Source: Salinispira sp. (lineage in GTDB: Bacteria > Spirochaetota > Spirochaetia > DSM-27196 > Salinispiraceae). Taken from it: a stretch of 64,000 nt of DNA. A program made the position numbers and the translations under genes. Location of the stretch: assembly GCA_965226555.1 (NCBI GenBank), contig CBDDDG010000021.1, positions 256,001-320,000 of the forward strand. Reading direction: 5' to 3'. The notes under the pieces are model-generated. The model saw only the letters and a list, made by a program, of their open reading frames with translations. It searched no databases and was not told where the DNA came from. Of this stretch, positions 31,164 to 41,365 are shown piece after piece (within the stretch, counting starts at the first letter, position 1; each line of letters starts with the position of its first letter).

Positions 31164-31988
31164 ATGCGACTTCAAATCGTCATTCTCACAAGCCTCATAT
31201 TCACGGGCTGCGTTACCGACTACCCGATGAATGTTATGGATCCGCCCTGGGTTCCTGAGCCGCCCCCTGAAGGGATCGATGAGAATATTGTATTGCCCGA
31301 TCAGAACACCATTGCTCCGCTCTTCTTTAGTGAAGATGATATTCCGGTAATGGATGGCGACTTCGGCGAGTGGCAGGGGCTCGATGGCCCCCTTACCCGC
31401 CGCGCTGTTTTTGGAGGCAGTCACATACCGAGCGATGCCGAAGCCTTCTTTGTACTGAGAACCGATGGCAATAATTTGTTTATCTATTCACGGGTGAGCG
31501 ATGATCTTGCCCATGAAAATTTCCTCCCCGGGTCACTTGCCTGGCGCGGCGATACCGTTGAAATTTTCTTCGGCGTCAATACCCTGCCCCATACCAATTA
31601 TGCCCAGGGCGATAACCAGTTGCGGCTTGTTCCCCGCAGTCGCGAAGACAGTTCGGATGTTGACATTGTGATCAATCAGCGGACTGCCGGCGCCTACCTT
31701 GCGCGCAATGATCCGCAGGCTATTTTCGGCGGAGCAGCGGTCTACAGCGATACCGGTTATGAAATTGAAGTTGCCATTCCGCTGAGCCTCATGGGAATTG
31801 ACGGGCTCAATATCGGGCAGAGAGTCCGCTGCGATTTTCAGGTGAACGATGCCGATGAAACCGAGCGCGATCGAATGGTGCACTGGATCAGCGAGGGTGA
31901 TGATCCATGGTATGACGCATCCGTCTGGGGCAACGGTTCTGTTGTTGCCCTGCCCGAAACCAGAAAGGAGGCAGGTAATGAACTTTGA
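31164..31988 (+). CDS. CBM9-like sugar-binding lipoprotein
   Basis: IFTGC lipobox; DGDFGEW, GDTVEIF, YEIEVAIP, DFQVNDAD. Confidence 0.7.
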   Translation: MRLQIVILTSLIFTGCVTDYPMNVMDPPWVPEPPPEGIDENIVLPDQNTIAPLFFSEDDIPVMDGDFGEWQGLDGPLTRRAVFGGSHIPSDAEAFFVLRTDGNNLFIYSRVSDDLAHENFLPGSLAWRGDTVEIFFGVNTLPHTNYAQGDNQLRLVPRSREDSSDVDIVINQRTAGAYLARNDPQAIFGGAAVYSDTGYEIEVAIPLSLMGIDGLNIGQRVRCDFQVNDADETERDRMVHWISEGDDPWYDASVWGNGSVVALPETRKEAGNEL

Positions 31989-34900
31989 ATACCGCTCATA
32001 CCGCTCATATCTCAGGCATATTTTTCTGTCAGTACTTCTCATTGTTGTTCTCAGTCCGGTTCTTGCCCAGCAGTCTTGGGTGAAGGTTGCGAAAGATCCC
32101 GAAGATGGCTGGAGGCTCTTTGTCGATGGCGAGCCCATGGCAATTCACGGGGTCGTGTGGGCCTTTACCCCCATTGGAGAGACAACAACCTATGATCTCT
32201 GGGGTATGGATGATGAATTTATTCAGCGGATGATAGATACCGATGCCCGCCTTCTTCAGGACATGGGCGCTAACGCCATTCGGGTGTTTTCGGATGTGCC
32301 GCCTCGGTGGATTACCTACCTGTATGAGCAGTACGGCATCTATACGGTTGTGAATCCGCTCTTTGCGCGCTACGGTATTTCAGTTGATGGACGCTGGCAT
32401 CCCCGTACGAACTACGCCGATCTGCGCGTTCGCGAGATCGTTCTTGAAGAAATTCGCGAAATGGCCGAAACATACCGCGATGTGCCGGGCGTCCTCTTTT
32501 ATCTGCTCGGCAACGAGAATAACTATGGTCTCGAATGGGAGAGCGGAACCATAGAAGATTTGCCCGTTGGTCAGCGGCTTGAGGTTCGGGCAGGATACCT
32601 GTACAGCCTCTTTGAGGAAGCCATCACTATTATTAACGATATTGATCCGACCAAGCCGGTCGGCATTGTCAATGGCGATATTCAGTATCTGAACATTATT
32701 AAGGAACTCATTCCCTCGCTCGACATTCTCGGCGTGAATACCTATAGAGGCGATGCGGCCTATGACCTGTTCTATTCGAGTGTGGCGAAATCCTTAGATG
32801 TGCCGCTGGTGTTCACCGAGCTCGGCGCCGATGCCTACAACATTGCTACCGGACGCGAAGATCAGTATAATCAGGCTCTCATCATCAAAAATCAGTGGGA
32901 AGAACTCTATGAGCAGTCCTACGGCAAGGGAAAATCGCAGAATACTCTTGGCGCCTTTGTTTTTGAGTGGCTCGATGAATGGTGGAAGCACGGACAGTAC
33001 ACCGAGCTCGACATTCATAATACGCGCGGAACATGGAATAACAGCGCCTACCGTTTCGATGTGGTGCCGGGTGAGAACAATATGAATGAGGAATGGTTCG
33101 GTATTGCTGCCCAGAGCACGCAGAAACGAGACGGAATTAATGTTCGGGTGCCCCGCGCCGCCTACTATCTTCTGAGAGATATCTGGACTCTCGATCAGCT
33201 TGCATCAACTCCCGAAGAAATTGAAGCGCATTTTGCCCGCAGTGTTGTTCCCTACGTGAACAGAGGCGATATCGCAGCCCTTCAGCAGCTCAATGAAGAG
33301 GAGAGTGTGGCAGAAATAAGCGGCGAGGCGGTGTTCGCGGGAACTGCATCGTGGAACGACGTCGACCTTGAGGAGCTTGAAACGGGCGGAGTTGAAACAT
33401 CGGTGGGGCAGTGGCTCAAGCTGGGGCTCGATGTCCGCCCCGCTGAAACGGTTTCTGCGGGGGTAACAATACGGCTGCAGGGCGATGTTCCCGATACGGC
33501 ATTTGAATCGCGGCTCTACTCGCATTACAGCCCCTTCATTCTTAAGAGCACTGCCCTTGATGATCCCAGAAATCCTGAAAATAACCCTCAGCTTGCCAAT
33601 CAGGATTTCTATGCCCTCCCCATCGTGAATTTGTATGATGCCTACCTCCACTGGGAAACCGATCTCTTTGACACTGACCTGTATTATCACAACGGTCATG
33701 CCGACTGGATTGGCGAAGGCGATTTTTTCCATTTTCTCCCCGAAAGTTTCGACTTCATCGGCATGGATTTAGCCGGCTCGAAGGCGCCCTACGGAGTTGA
33801 ATTTACCGGCAGGCAGGCGCTTGACGGGCTGAAAATATACGCGGGACCGGAGATTTTCTGGGGAGCGGAACCGCAGGCGCTCATTAAATATTTCAGCAGG
33901 GGTGAGAATGTCTCATGGTCCCTCATATATAATGAGGCCGAATTGTTTTCGAATAACAGCGATCCGCTGGAGAATGCCTATGACCGCCGCGCCAGCGGCT
34001 GGCTCGGTTTTAATTTTCTGCCATGGATTGATGTGAACATTGGTGTTATGACGGCCAACCTGAGCGACATTGACCGTGTCTATACTCATGTGGGTAAGGA
34101 AGCCGATGGTAGTTTTTCGGCGCTGGAGAATCAGGAGCTCACTTTTGCGGATACTCTCGCCGGAAAAATAGAAATTAGTTCTGAAATTTTTCTGCATACG
34201 CGGCTCTTTGCCCGCTATGTTCTCGCGGGACGGGTGGCAGAAACGAACCCGTACATTCCCCGCGGAGGAAGCCATATAGCCGATGTTGGAACCGGTAACC
34301 GGCATGAGTTTGAAGCGGGGCTGACCTTCATGTACGGCCCGCTCGCCATTACTCCCCGCTTTCTCGCGCGCGTTCCCATTAGCCACCCGCTGAGCGCGGT
34401 GAACCGCGGCGCGCGTCGGGCACTTTCTGCCCCATTTGCAGTCTACGCGAACAGGGAGGCCTATAAGGCCGAAATTACCCTGACCTATGACGATGCCGGT
34501 GAAACATATTTCTTCGAATGGAACAATTCAGACCGTGAAAACGGTTTGTTTGCGGCATCGCTCTCGTTTCTCTATTCCTTTTATGAAGGAGCGACCGATG
34601 CGACAACCTACAGAACCCAGTACGGAGACATTGCCTCCTTTTCCGCCGGACTTCCGGAGGTTGAGGGGCTCTGGAACCTGACCGGCCGCGCTGTTCTGAA
34701 CCCATCGACCTCGCTCCGCCTCATTGGCGAACTTCGCGCGGGGAGTCAGCAGAGCTGGGGAGAGGACGACCGCATTGTTACCTACTTCGGCGCGGAGATA
34801 AGCGCGCGGGTCGCGCAGTGGGCCTTCTCGGGAGGCTTCGATATTGATGCCTGGGGGAAGGAAGATTATTACCGGCAGTTTAATCTGACCTATCCGCTGC

Positions 34901-35079
34901 AGTGGAATGTGGATGTATCCCGCGCCTTTGCCATTCCTGAGTTTCTCAACAGCGACAACCGCATAGGCATTCAGTGGAAGGGGCGCTCCTACGATGAGCG
35001 CGCGCCCGACACCGAGACCAACAACGGTCTCTACGCGTGGAAAATGGAATTGTTTACCTACTTGGCATTTAGCTGGTAG
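31978..35079 (+). CDS. Clan GH-A (GH2-like) glycoside hydrolase with a long, probably beta-barrel C-terminal region
   Basis: GANAIR, GNENNYG, FTELG, FEWLDEWWK; amphipathic strands; ends in YLAFSW. Confidence 0.7.
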   Translation: MNFEYRSYRSYLRHIFLSVLLIVVLSPVLAQQSWVKVAKDPEDGWRLFVDGEPMAIHGVVWAFTPIGETTTYDLWGMDDEFIQRMIDTDARLLQDMGANAIRVFSDVPPRWITYLYEQYGIYTVVNPLFARYGISVDGRWHPRTNYADLRVREIVLEEIREMAETYRDVPGVLFYLLGNENNYGLEWESGTIEDLPVGQRLEVRAGYLYSLFEEAITIINDIDPTKPVGIVNGDIQYLNIIKELIPSLDILGVNTYRGDAAYDLFYSSVAKSLDVPLVFTELGADAYNIATGREDQYNQALIIKNQWEELYEQSYGKGKSQNTLGAFVFEWLDEWWKHGQYTELDIHNTRGTWNNSAYRFDVVPGENNMNEEWFGIAAQSTQKRDGINVRVPRAAYYLLRDIWTLDQLASTPEEIEAHFARSVVPYVNRGDIAALQQLNEEESVAEISGEAVFAGTASWNDVDLEELETGGVETSVGQWLKLGLDVRPAETVSAGVTIRLQGDVPDTAFESRLYSHYSPFILKSTALDDPRNPENNPQLANQDFYALPIVNLYDAYLHWETDLFDTDLYYHNGHADWIGEGDFFHFLPESFDFIGMDLAGSKAPYGVEFTGRQALDGLKIYAGPEIFWGAEPQALIKYFSRGENVSWSLIYNEAELFSNNSDPLENAYDRRASGWLGFNFLPWIDVNIGVMTANLSDIDRVYTHVGKEADGSFSALENQELTFADTLAGKIEISSEIFLHTRLFARYVLAGRVAETNPYIPRGGSHIADVGTGNRHEFEAGLTFMYGPLAITPRFLARVPISHPLSAVNRGARRALSAPFAVYANREAYKAEITLTYDDAGETYFFEWNNSDRENGLFAASLSFLYSFYEGATDATTYRTQYGDIASFSAGLPEVEGLWNLTGRAVLNPSTSLRLIGELRAGSQQSWGEDDRIVTYFGAEISARVAQWAFSGGFDIDAWGKEDYYRQFNLTYPLQWNVDVSRAFAIPEFLNSDNRIGIQWKGRSYDERAPDTETNNGLYAWKMELFTYLAFSW

Positions 35080-35179
35080 GAATACAGTAATGAAAGTTTT
35101 GCATTAATGAAGTTTTGCATCTGGCAAAATTTTCAGTAGCAAAGCTTCTCGCACAATACTTTCAATATGGAGGTGCATT

Positions 35180-35815
35180 ATGAAAGTTAATTTGTATGCA
35201 AAAAGTTTGGGGCTTGTCCTCATGCTTGTTATTTTTCTGGCAGGCTGTCCGATAGTTGAGCCTGATCCTGATGGTGATGGTGATGGTGATCCAACGCCGA
35301 CATTCAACGGAACCGTCTTCGATGATGGTTTTACGGCTGTTGCGAAGGAAAGTGTCGATTTCTGGAATGGCGATAACGGCTTTACGATTGGCGATGAGTT
35401 CAGCGAGTATAAGGAAGGTAATAGTTCCTTGTTTATCGACTGGACGAATGTGAAAGCCACAGAAGGAGAGGGCGATGGATACGCATGGAACGGCATGGCT
35501 GTTGTTGCCAAGCCTGCCATGGAGCAGGATCTCAGTGCCTATAACGCGCTCACGCTCTGGGCCCGCGCTGCCGGCGACTCCACTGTTAATATTGACAAGT
35601 TTGGTTTTGCAGCAGGTACTGACTACGAATTGTCTCTGAATGGTGTTGCGCTTGACAGCACATGGAAACAACTTATCCTGCGCATACCCGACTCATCCGT
35701 ATTTACCTCGGTTTCTAATCTGTTCTATGCGGTAGATGCTGCTCCGGGCGGGAAAATATTCATTGACGATGTGAAGTTCGAGATACTTTCAATGGAGGCG
35801 CATTATGAAAATTAA
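35180..35815 (+). CDS. Lipoprotein with galactose-binding-like (CBM) domain
   Basis: FLAGC lipobox; DLSAYNALTLWAR...IFIDDVKF. Confidence 0.65.
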   Translation: MKVNLYAKSLGLVLMLVIFLAGCPIVEPDPDGDGDGDPTPTFNGTVFDDGFTAVAKESVDFWNGDNGFTIGDEFSEYKEGNSSLFIDWTNVKATEGEGDGYAWNGMAVVAKPAMEQDLSAYNALTLWARAAGDSTVNIDKFGFAAGTDYELSLNGVALDSTWKQLILRIPDSSVFTSVSNLFYAVDAAPGGKIFIDDVKFEILSMEAHYEN

Positions 35816-37532
35816 TGTTATATCAAAGAGTTTGGGACTTGTTCTCATGTTCATCTTTATTGTTCTGGTAGGGTGTCCTATGGAAACAGATATGGATATG
35901 GATCCTTCTGTTCCTATTGATCCTCCTGCGCCTATTGATGATCCTACTGCGCCATCTGCGCCGGCCGCTCCAATGCTCACGTTTGGGGACGGTGAGCTTA
36001 CTGCTCTGTGGGACGCTCCGTCCGACAATGGCAACGCCGAGATCACGGGCTATCATCTGCAACATAGCGTAAGCGAAGCTGATAATTGGACCTTGCTCGA
36101 TTCCAATGTCATCGGCACAAGCCACACCATTGATGAGCTGGAAAACGGTGTCAGCTACGATGTGCAGGTGCGAGCCGTGAACAGCGTGGGTAACGGAATG
36201 TGGTCGAAAAGCGCAACCGCAAGTCCTGTTGCCGATTCAGGCTCTTCTGTCCATGCATTCATTGTCTACGATGACAGCTACAACTCTGTCATAGACACTG
36301 AAAATGATTTTCCTTCATGGGGTAGTGGTCTTACGCTTGCCGAGGAAACCAGCACGGTAAAAACTGGCAGCAGTTCACTGTCATTCGAATGGACGGCTCC
36401 TGGGAGTGGCACGGAATTTCCCGTAAAAACAGGTATGGAACAGGATCTCACCATCTATACAGCCCTCACATTCTGGGCGCGAGCGGCCGGAAATGCTGAT
36501 CTTGCGGTCACGAAGATTGGTTTTGAATCTGGCACTGCCTATGAAATATCCCTTTCTCCCCTTACGGTTACCAGCTCGTGGCAAAAATTTGTTCTGCCCA
36601 TACCCGATCCGGCGAAACTCACCGCAGCGAGCAAACTGTTCTTTGCGTCAAGCGATGGCGGCGGTAAAATATATGTTGACGATGTTAAGTTTGAGAAGAT
36701 CAGTGGTCTCAGCCTGACCGAGGCAAACATGGCCATTGGGAGCATTGGCGCTGGAGACACCGGAAAGCCTGAAGTATCAGGACTTGTATTCACGTACAAT
36801 GGGGAGAGAATTTCACAGTTTTCGCCCGGAGGGGTTGCTGCCGTTACTGCGTTTCTCCCCTATGCATCTGCATTTGCTTCCGACAATACGGATGTTGCAA
36901 CCGTAGCCGCTGATGGCACCGTTACCGGTGTTGCCGAGGGTACCGCGACAATTACCGCCAAACTTGGGGACTACGACCTCAGCTCCGCGGTTACCATTAC
37001 CGCAGCTACCGCAGCTCCAGAACCTTTTGCCGGCACCATCTATGATGATGCCCTTCAGGGCGGATTTACGGCTGCTACTGCTTCTGCTAACAACAATAAT
37101 GTAGCCATTGATCCTGCCAGCGCAACAGAAAAGGTTGGAAGCAGTGGAACTTCAGTCGAAATTGACGTTCCCGAGGCCCAAGGATGGGGAGGCGGATTCC
37201 TCGAAAATACTGCCGGAGTTGATGCCTCAGGTTTTACCTCATTCAAATTTGCTTTCAATACGGGAACGCTGACAAGCCCGGGTTTTATTGAATTCAAACT
37301 TGAAGATACTGATGGCGGATCGTATACCCCGAACCTCTTTACGTTGACTGGAACCGCAATTAGCGGTTCAACAGGCTGGGAGGAGTACTCAGTTACCTTA
37401 ACTGATATTTCTGCGGTAAATTTTTCAAAATTTAAGGCAGTCGGATTCTGGCATCCAGAGACCACGGCGGATGGCAGCGATACCATGATTCTTCCCGGTG
37501 AATTTTATATCGATAATATCCGCTTTGAATAA
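35805..37532 (+). CDS. Lipoprotein: FN3 + CBM-like + Ig-like (Big_2) + CBM-like
   Basis: LVGC lipobox; YDVQVRAVN; SDNTDVATV...GTATITA; YIDNIRF. Confidence 0.7.
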   Translation: MKINVISKSLGLVLMFIFIVLVGCPMETDMDMDPSVPIDPPAPIDDPTAPSAPAAPMLTFGDGELTALWDAPSDNGNAEITGYHLQHSVSEADNWTLLDSNVIGTSHTIDELENGVSYDVQVRAVNSVGNGMWSKSATASPVADSGSSVHAFIVYDDSYNSVIDTENDFPSWGSGLTLAEETSTVKTGSSSLSFEWTAPGSGTEFPVKTGMEQDLTIYTALTFWARAAGNADLAVTKIGFESGTAYEISLSPLTVTSSWQKFVLPIPDPAKLTAASKLFFASSDGGGKIYVDDVKFEKISGLSLTEANMAIGSIGAGDTGKPEVSGLVFTYNGERISQFSPGGVAAVTAFLPYASAFASDNTDVATVAADGTVTGVAEGTATITAKLGDYDLSSAVTITAATAAPEPFAGTIYDDALQGGFTAATASANNNNVAIDPASATEKVGSSGTSVEIDVPEAQGWGGGFLENTAGVDASGFTSFKFAFNTGTLTSPGFIEFKLEDTDGGSYTPNLFTLTGTAISGSTGWEEYSVTLTDISAVNFSKFKAVGFWHPETTADGSDTMILPGEFYIDNIRFE

Positions 37533-37545
37533 ATAACGTATGTTC

Positions 37546-37579
37546 TGAGGCGGGCTTTCCGCCCGCCTCGGTTTCTTTT
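37546..37579 (+). terminator. Probable intrinsic terminator
   Basis: GAGGCGGGC...GCCCGCCTC hairpin followed by TTTCTTTT. Confidence 0.55.
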
Positions 37580-37598
37580 CGAAAAAAGGAGCGCAGCA

Positions 37599-38633
37599 AT
37601 GAAGGTAATAGGCAAACAGGCGGCTGGCGGCGCGCCGGAGGCGCAGAACGCGCAGCAGTCAGTATCATCATCATCATCGGCGTTAGCATCAATATCACCG
37701 CCATCAAAATCCGCAAAAACACGCATACCTCTTCTTCTCAAGAGGGTGAGCCGTCAGAAAGCGCTTCAGGCCATGGCAATTCCCGGGGTGCTGTGGATGA
37801 TTATTTTCAATTACATTCCCATGTATGGAATTATCATTGCTTTCAAGGAATTTCAGACCATTCACAGCATTAACAGCGCGCCGTGGGTGGGGCTTGTGCA
37901 TTTTCAGGAACTATTCAGGGATCCTGAGTTCTTCGGTTCCCTGCGGAACACCCTCGGAATCAGCGTGCTGAAACTGCTCATCGGCTTTCCCATACCCATT
38001 ATTTTTGCCATTCTTCTGAACGAAATTACGCAGGTGGGCTTTAAGCGATGGATGCAGACTATTTCTTATTTACCGCACTTTCTTTCATGGGTTGTGCTTG
38101 GGGGCATGATGAGCACCTGGTTTTCCGAAAATGGGCTGGTCAATGAGCTTCTGACAAACACGGGGATCATAAGCGAGCCGCTCCCTTTTCTCGGGAGTCC
38201 GGACGGCTTCTGGCTCATGGCCGTGCTGTCGGAAACATGGAAGGAAATGGGCTGGGGAGCAATTATCTATCTTGCGGCAATATCGGGCATATCTCCCGCG
38301 CTCTACGATGCCGCGGTCATTGACGGCGCAAACCGCTTTCAGAAAATACGCTACATAACCCTGCCGTCCATTGCGGGAACAATTACCATTCTCCTCATTC
38401 TCGCCATTAGCGGCGCGCTCAATACCAATTTTGACCAAATGTTTGTGCTTAACAATCCTCTGAATGAATCGGCGAGCAATGTTCTGGATCTCTATGTGTA
38501 CAGAACGGGCATTCGGGGGCTTCGTCTCTCCTACGCCACTGCTGTCGGCTTGTTCAAGGCCCTTATCGCTCTGGTGCTTCTTCTTGGGGCGAACGGATTT
38601 TCAAAAAAAATACAGAACAGATCGCTGTTCTAA
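37599..38633 (+). CDS. Carbohydrate ABC permease (LplB-like)
   Basis: YLPHFLSWVV; YDAAVIDGA EAA loop. Confidence 0.9.
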   Translation: MKVIGKQAAGGAPEAQNAQQSVSSSSSALASISPPSKSAKTRIPLLLKRVSRQKALQAMAIPGVLWMIIFNYIPMYGIIIAFKEFQTIHSINSAPWVGLVHFQELFRDPEFFGSLRNTLGISVLKLLIGFPIPIIFAILLNEITQVGFKRWMQTISYLPHFLSWVVLGGMMSTWFSENGLVNELLTNTGIISEPLPFLGSPDGFWLMAVLSETWKEMGWGAIIYLAAISGISPALYDAAVIDGANRFQKIRYITLPSIAGTITILLILAISGALNTNFDQMFVLNNPLNESASNVLDLYVYRTGIRGLRLSYATAVGLFKALIALVLLLGANGFSKKIQNRSLF

Positions 38634-38635
38634 AA

Positions 38636-38803
38636 CAAAGTTTTGCAAAATGCAAAACTTTCTATAAAATAGGAGAATGCTAAGCACAAAGAAAGCATTC
38701 CTGACGGACGCATGGGCGAGCAGGAGGCGCAGCCTCCGACCAGCCCTCGGAAACTTTTGCTCCTGGAAATTGTGCAAGCACAATTTTCCAATGCAAAACT
38801 TTC
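38636..38803 (-). mobile_element. 168-bp palindromic element carrying ~45 bp of a GC-rich repeat
   Basis: TAAAA/TAAAA flanks; reverse copy of the 125-bp element with extra sequence at ~38702-38747. Confidence 0.85.
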
Positions 38804-38848
38804 TAAAACAAAGTTTTTTGCGGAATGCAAAATAAGGAGGGAGAAAGA

Positions 38849-39727
38849 ATGAAACGCATGCAAAAAATCGATGCATTTCCTGCGGTGAATGTTATTCTCA
38901 TGGTTGTTATCTGTTTTGTTACCCTGTATCCGGTGTGGTACTCGGTGGTGCTGTCTTTTAACGATGGCAACGATGCCCTGCTTGGGGGCATTTACTGGTG
39001 GCCGCGGCAGTTCAGTTTGGAAAGTTATCGGGCAATGTTCTCGAATGCCGACATTCTCAATGCCTTCAGCATATCGCTGTTCCGCACGGTTGTCGGAACC
39101 ATTACGCATTTGTTGTTCACGAGCATGGTGGCATATTCCTTTTTGCAGGCGCGCCTGCTCGGACGGAAGACCTACATGACTCTTGGGCTCATTACCATGT
39201 TTTTCAATGGCGGGCTCATTCCGACCTTCCTGCTCATAAAGAATCTCGGGCTCATCGACAATTTACTGGTCTACATTATTCCCACCATGTTCAATTTTTT
39301 TCATCTCATTATCTTTCAGAGCTTTTTCAGGGAAATTCCCCATAGCATTGAGGAAGCGGCAATGATCGATGGTATGAACGACTTCGGTATATTCATAAGA
39401 ATTATTCTGCCGCTCTCAACGGCAGTTCTCGCGACTATCGCGCTCTTTCATGGGGTCTGGCATTGGAACGATTTTTTTCACGGCGTCATTTATATTAATG
39501 ATGCCGATTTGCAGCCGGTAGCGACATATCTGTACCGGGTCATTGCGCAGAATCAGTCGAGCCAGATGCTCGCAAACATGCCTGCCGGCATTGCCCGCAG
39601 CGCTGTTACATCGCAATCTATAAAACTTGCCACCATGGTCGCGGCGACATTTCCTGTCGTTCTCGTCTATCCCTTTCTGCAAAAATACTTTGTTAAGGGG
39701 CTGTTGGTGGCATCAGTAAAAGGTTAG
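38849..39727 (+). CDS. Carbohydrate ABC permease (LplC-like)
   Basis: EEAAMIDG; YPFLQKYFVKG...SVKG. Confidence 0.9.
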   Translation: MKRMQKIDAFPAVNVILMVVICFVTLYPVWYSVVLSFNDGNDALLGGIYWWPRQFSLESYRAMFSNADILNAFSISLFRTVVGTITHLLFTSMVAYSFLQARLLGRKTYMTLGLITMFFNGGLIPTFLLIKNLGLIDNLLVYIIPTMFNFFHLIIFQSFFREIPHSIEEAAMIDGMNDFGIFIRIILPLSTAVLATIALFHGVWHWNDFFHGVIYINDADLQPVATYLYRVIAQNQSSQMLANMPAGIARSAVTSQSIKLATMVAATFPVVLVYPFLQKYFVKGLLVASVKG

Positions 39728-39736
39728 GAGGTAAAC

Positions 39737-41365
39737 ATGAAAAGGTGTTTATTTTATATAGTAATAGTAATGTCGATGGTGATGTTACTCATGCCGCTCG
39801 CAGCAGGCGGAGGGGGCGAAGGAGGGGAACTTCCCGAGCCTAATGCCGAGCTGCTCGATCCGGATGTTCCGGGATGGACGGTTGATACCAGCCCGGTCAG
39901 TTTCGACTGGTACCTGCATTTTTCCTGGTTTCGCGGGGTGTGGGGTGAAGATCCTGTTTCCCGGTATGTTACCGAAAAAACAGGGGTGAATGTCGATTTC
40001 ATTATTCCCGCGGGTAATGAGGCCGAAAAGCTCAATACCCTCATTGCCTCGGGTAAATTGCCCGATTTTATCACCCTCGGGTGGTGGGAACCGCAGGTGA
40101 AGCAGTTGATCGCCGGCGAACTTGTGTATCCGCTCAATCAGCTCGCGGAATACTACGATCCCTATTTCTTCAATGTTGCCAACCCCGAACGGCTTGGCTG
40201 GTACACGCAGGAAGACGGTAATGTTTATTCCTACCCGAACGCTTCGTACTCGTCCGCAGACTATGAGGAACGGGAGCTGCCATCGAACCAGACCTTTCTT
40301 GTGCGCAAAGATATGTGGGAGGCCATCGGCAGCCCGGATATGCGGACTCCCGAAGGGTTCCTGCGCGCCCTCGAAGCGGCGCAGCGAATGTTTCCCGAAG
40401 TGAGCGGTCAGCCCCTCATTCCCCTCGGGCTCCATGAGTTCACCGATACCGGCAACTACTCGCTTGAGTCATATCTCATGAATTTCCTTGCCATTCCACT
40501 GGAAAAGGACGGGCAGCTCTATGACCGCTATGCCGATCCTGACTACCGACTCTGGCTTGCAACATTGCGCGAGGCCAATGAGCGCGGACTTCTTTCTTCC
40601 GATATTTTTCTGGATCGCCGTCCGCAGGTCGAAGAAAAAATTGCTCAGGGCAGATATTTTGCGCTGATCTATCAGCGCAGCGACATGATCGATTCTCAAG
40701 CCATCCGCCATCAGCAGGATCCCAATTCCATTTACATTGCTGTGGATGGACCGGCAAACAGGGCGCTCGACCCCCCGCGCTTAGCAGGGCAGGGTCTTTC
40801 CGGCTGGACAGTAACATTCATTTCCAAAACAACAGCGAACCCCGACCGCGCCATCCGTTTCATGAGCTATCTCATGAGTGAAGAAGGACAGCGCGATCTG
40901 TATTTGGGCATTGAGGGGCTTACCTGGGAAATGCGCGATGGACGCGAACAGTTCATTCCCGAGGTCGCCGAGCTTCTGAACAATGACCGCGGAGCCTTCG
41001 ACCGTGAATACGGCGCTTCGGTGAAGTACTGGATGCTCATGGATAATCCGCTCTTCGCTCAATGGGAAACCGAACCGGTAACGCCCTACAAGGAGATGTA
41101 CGAATGGACGCTGCCCTACACGGTGAGCTATGCCGTCTACGATAACATTGCCCCCCAACCCTTCGAGGAAGAGGGAATTATCGGCGCCAAGCTCAGCAGC
41201 CTGTTCGGGAAAGCCCTCCCTCAGCTCATTCGCGCCGAAAGCGAATCAGAGTTCAATGCCCTCTGGGATGAACTGCACACCGAACGCAGCGCGCTCGGCC
41301 TCGACAAACTTATCGCCTATCAACAGGAGCAGGTACATGCAAACAGAAAAAAACTTGGGCGCTAG
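39737..41365 (+). CDS. Carbohydrate ABC substrate-binding protein
   Basis: Signal peptide; EKTGV, IASGKLPD; operon context. Confidence 0.85.
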   Translation: MKRCLFYIVIVMSMVMLLMPLAAGGGGEGGELPEPNAELLDPDVPGWTVDTSPVSFDWYLHFSWFRGVWGEDPVSRYVTEKTGVNVDFIIPAGNEAEKLNTLIASGKLPDFITLGWWEPQVKQLIAGELVYPLNQLAEYYDPYFFNVANPERLGWYTQEDGNVYSYPNASYSSADYEERELPSNQTFLVRKDMWEAIGSPDMRTPEGFLRALEAAQRMFPEVSGQPLIPLGLHEFTDTGNYSLESYLMNFLAIPLEKDGQLYDRYADPDYRLWLATLREANERGLLSSDIFLDRRPQVEEKIAQGRYFALIYQRSDMIDSQAIRHQQDPNSIYIAVDGPANRALDPPRLAGQGLSGWTVTFISKTTANPDRAIRFMSYLMSEEGQRDLYLGIEGLTWEMRDGREQFIPEVAELLNNDRGAFDREYGASVKYWMLMDNPLFAQWETEPVTPYKEMYEWTLPYTVSYAVYDNIAPQPFEEEGIIGAKLSSLFGKALPQLIRAESESEFNALWDELHTERSALGLDKLIAYQQEQVHANRKKLGR

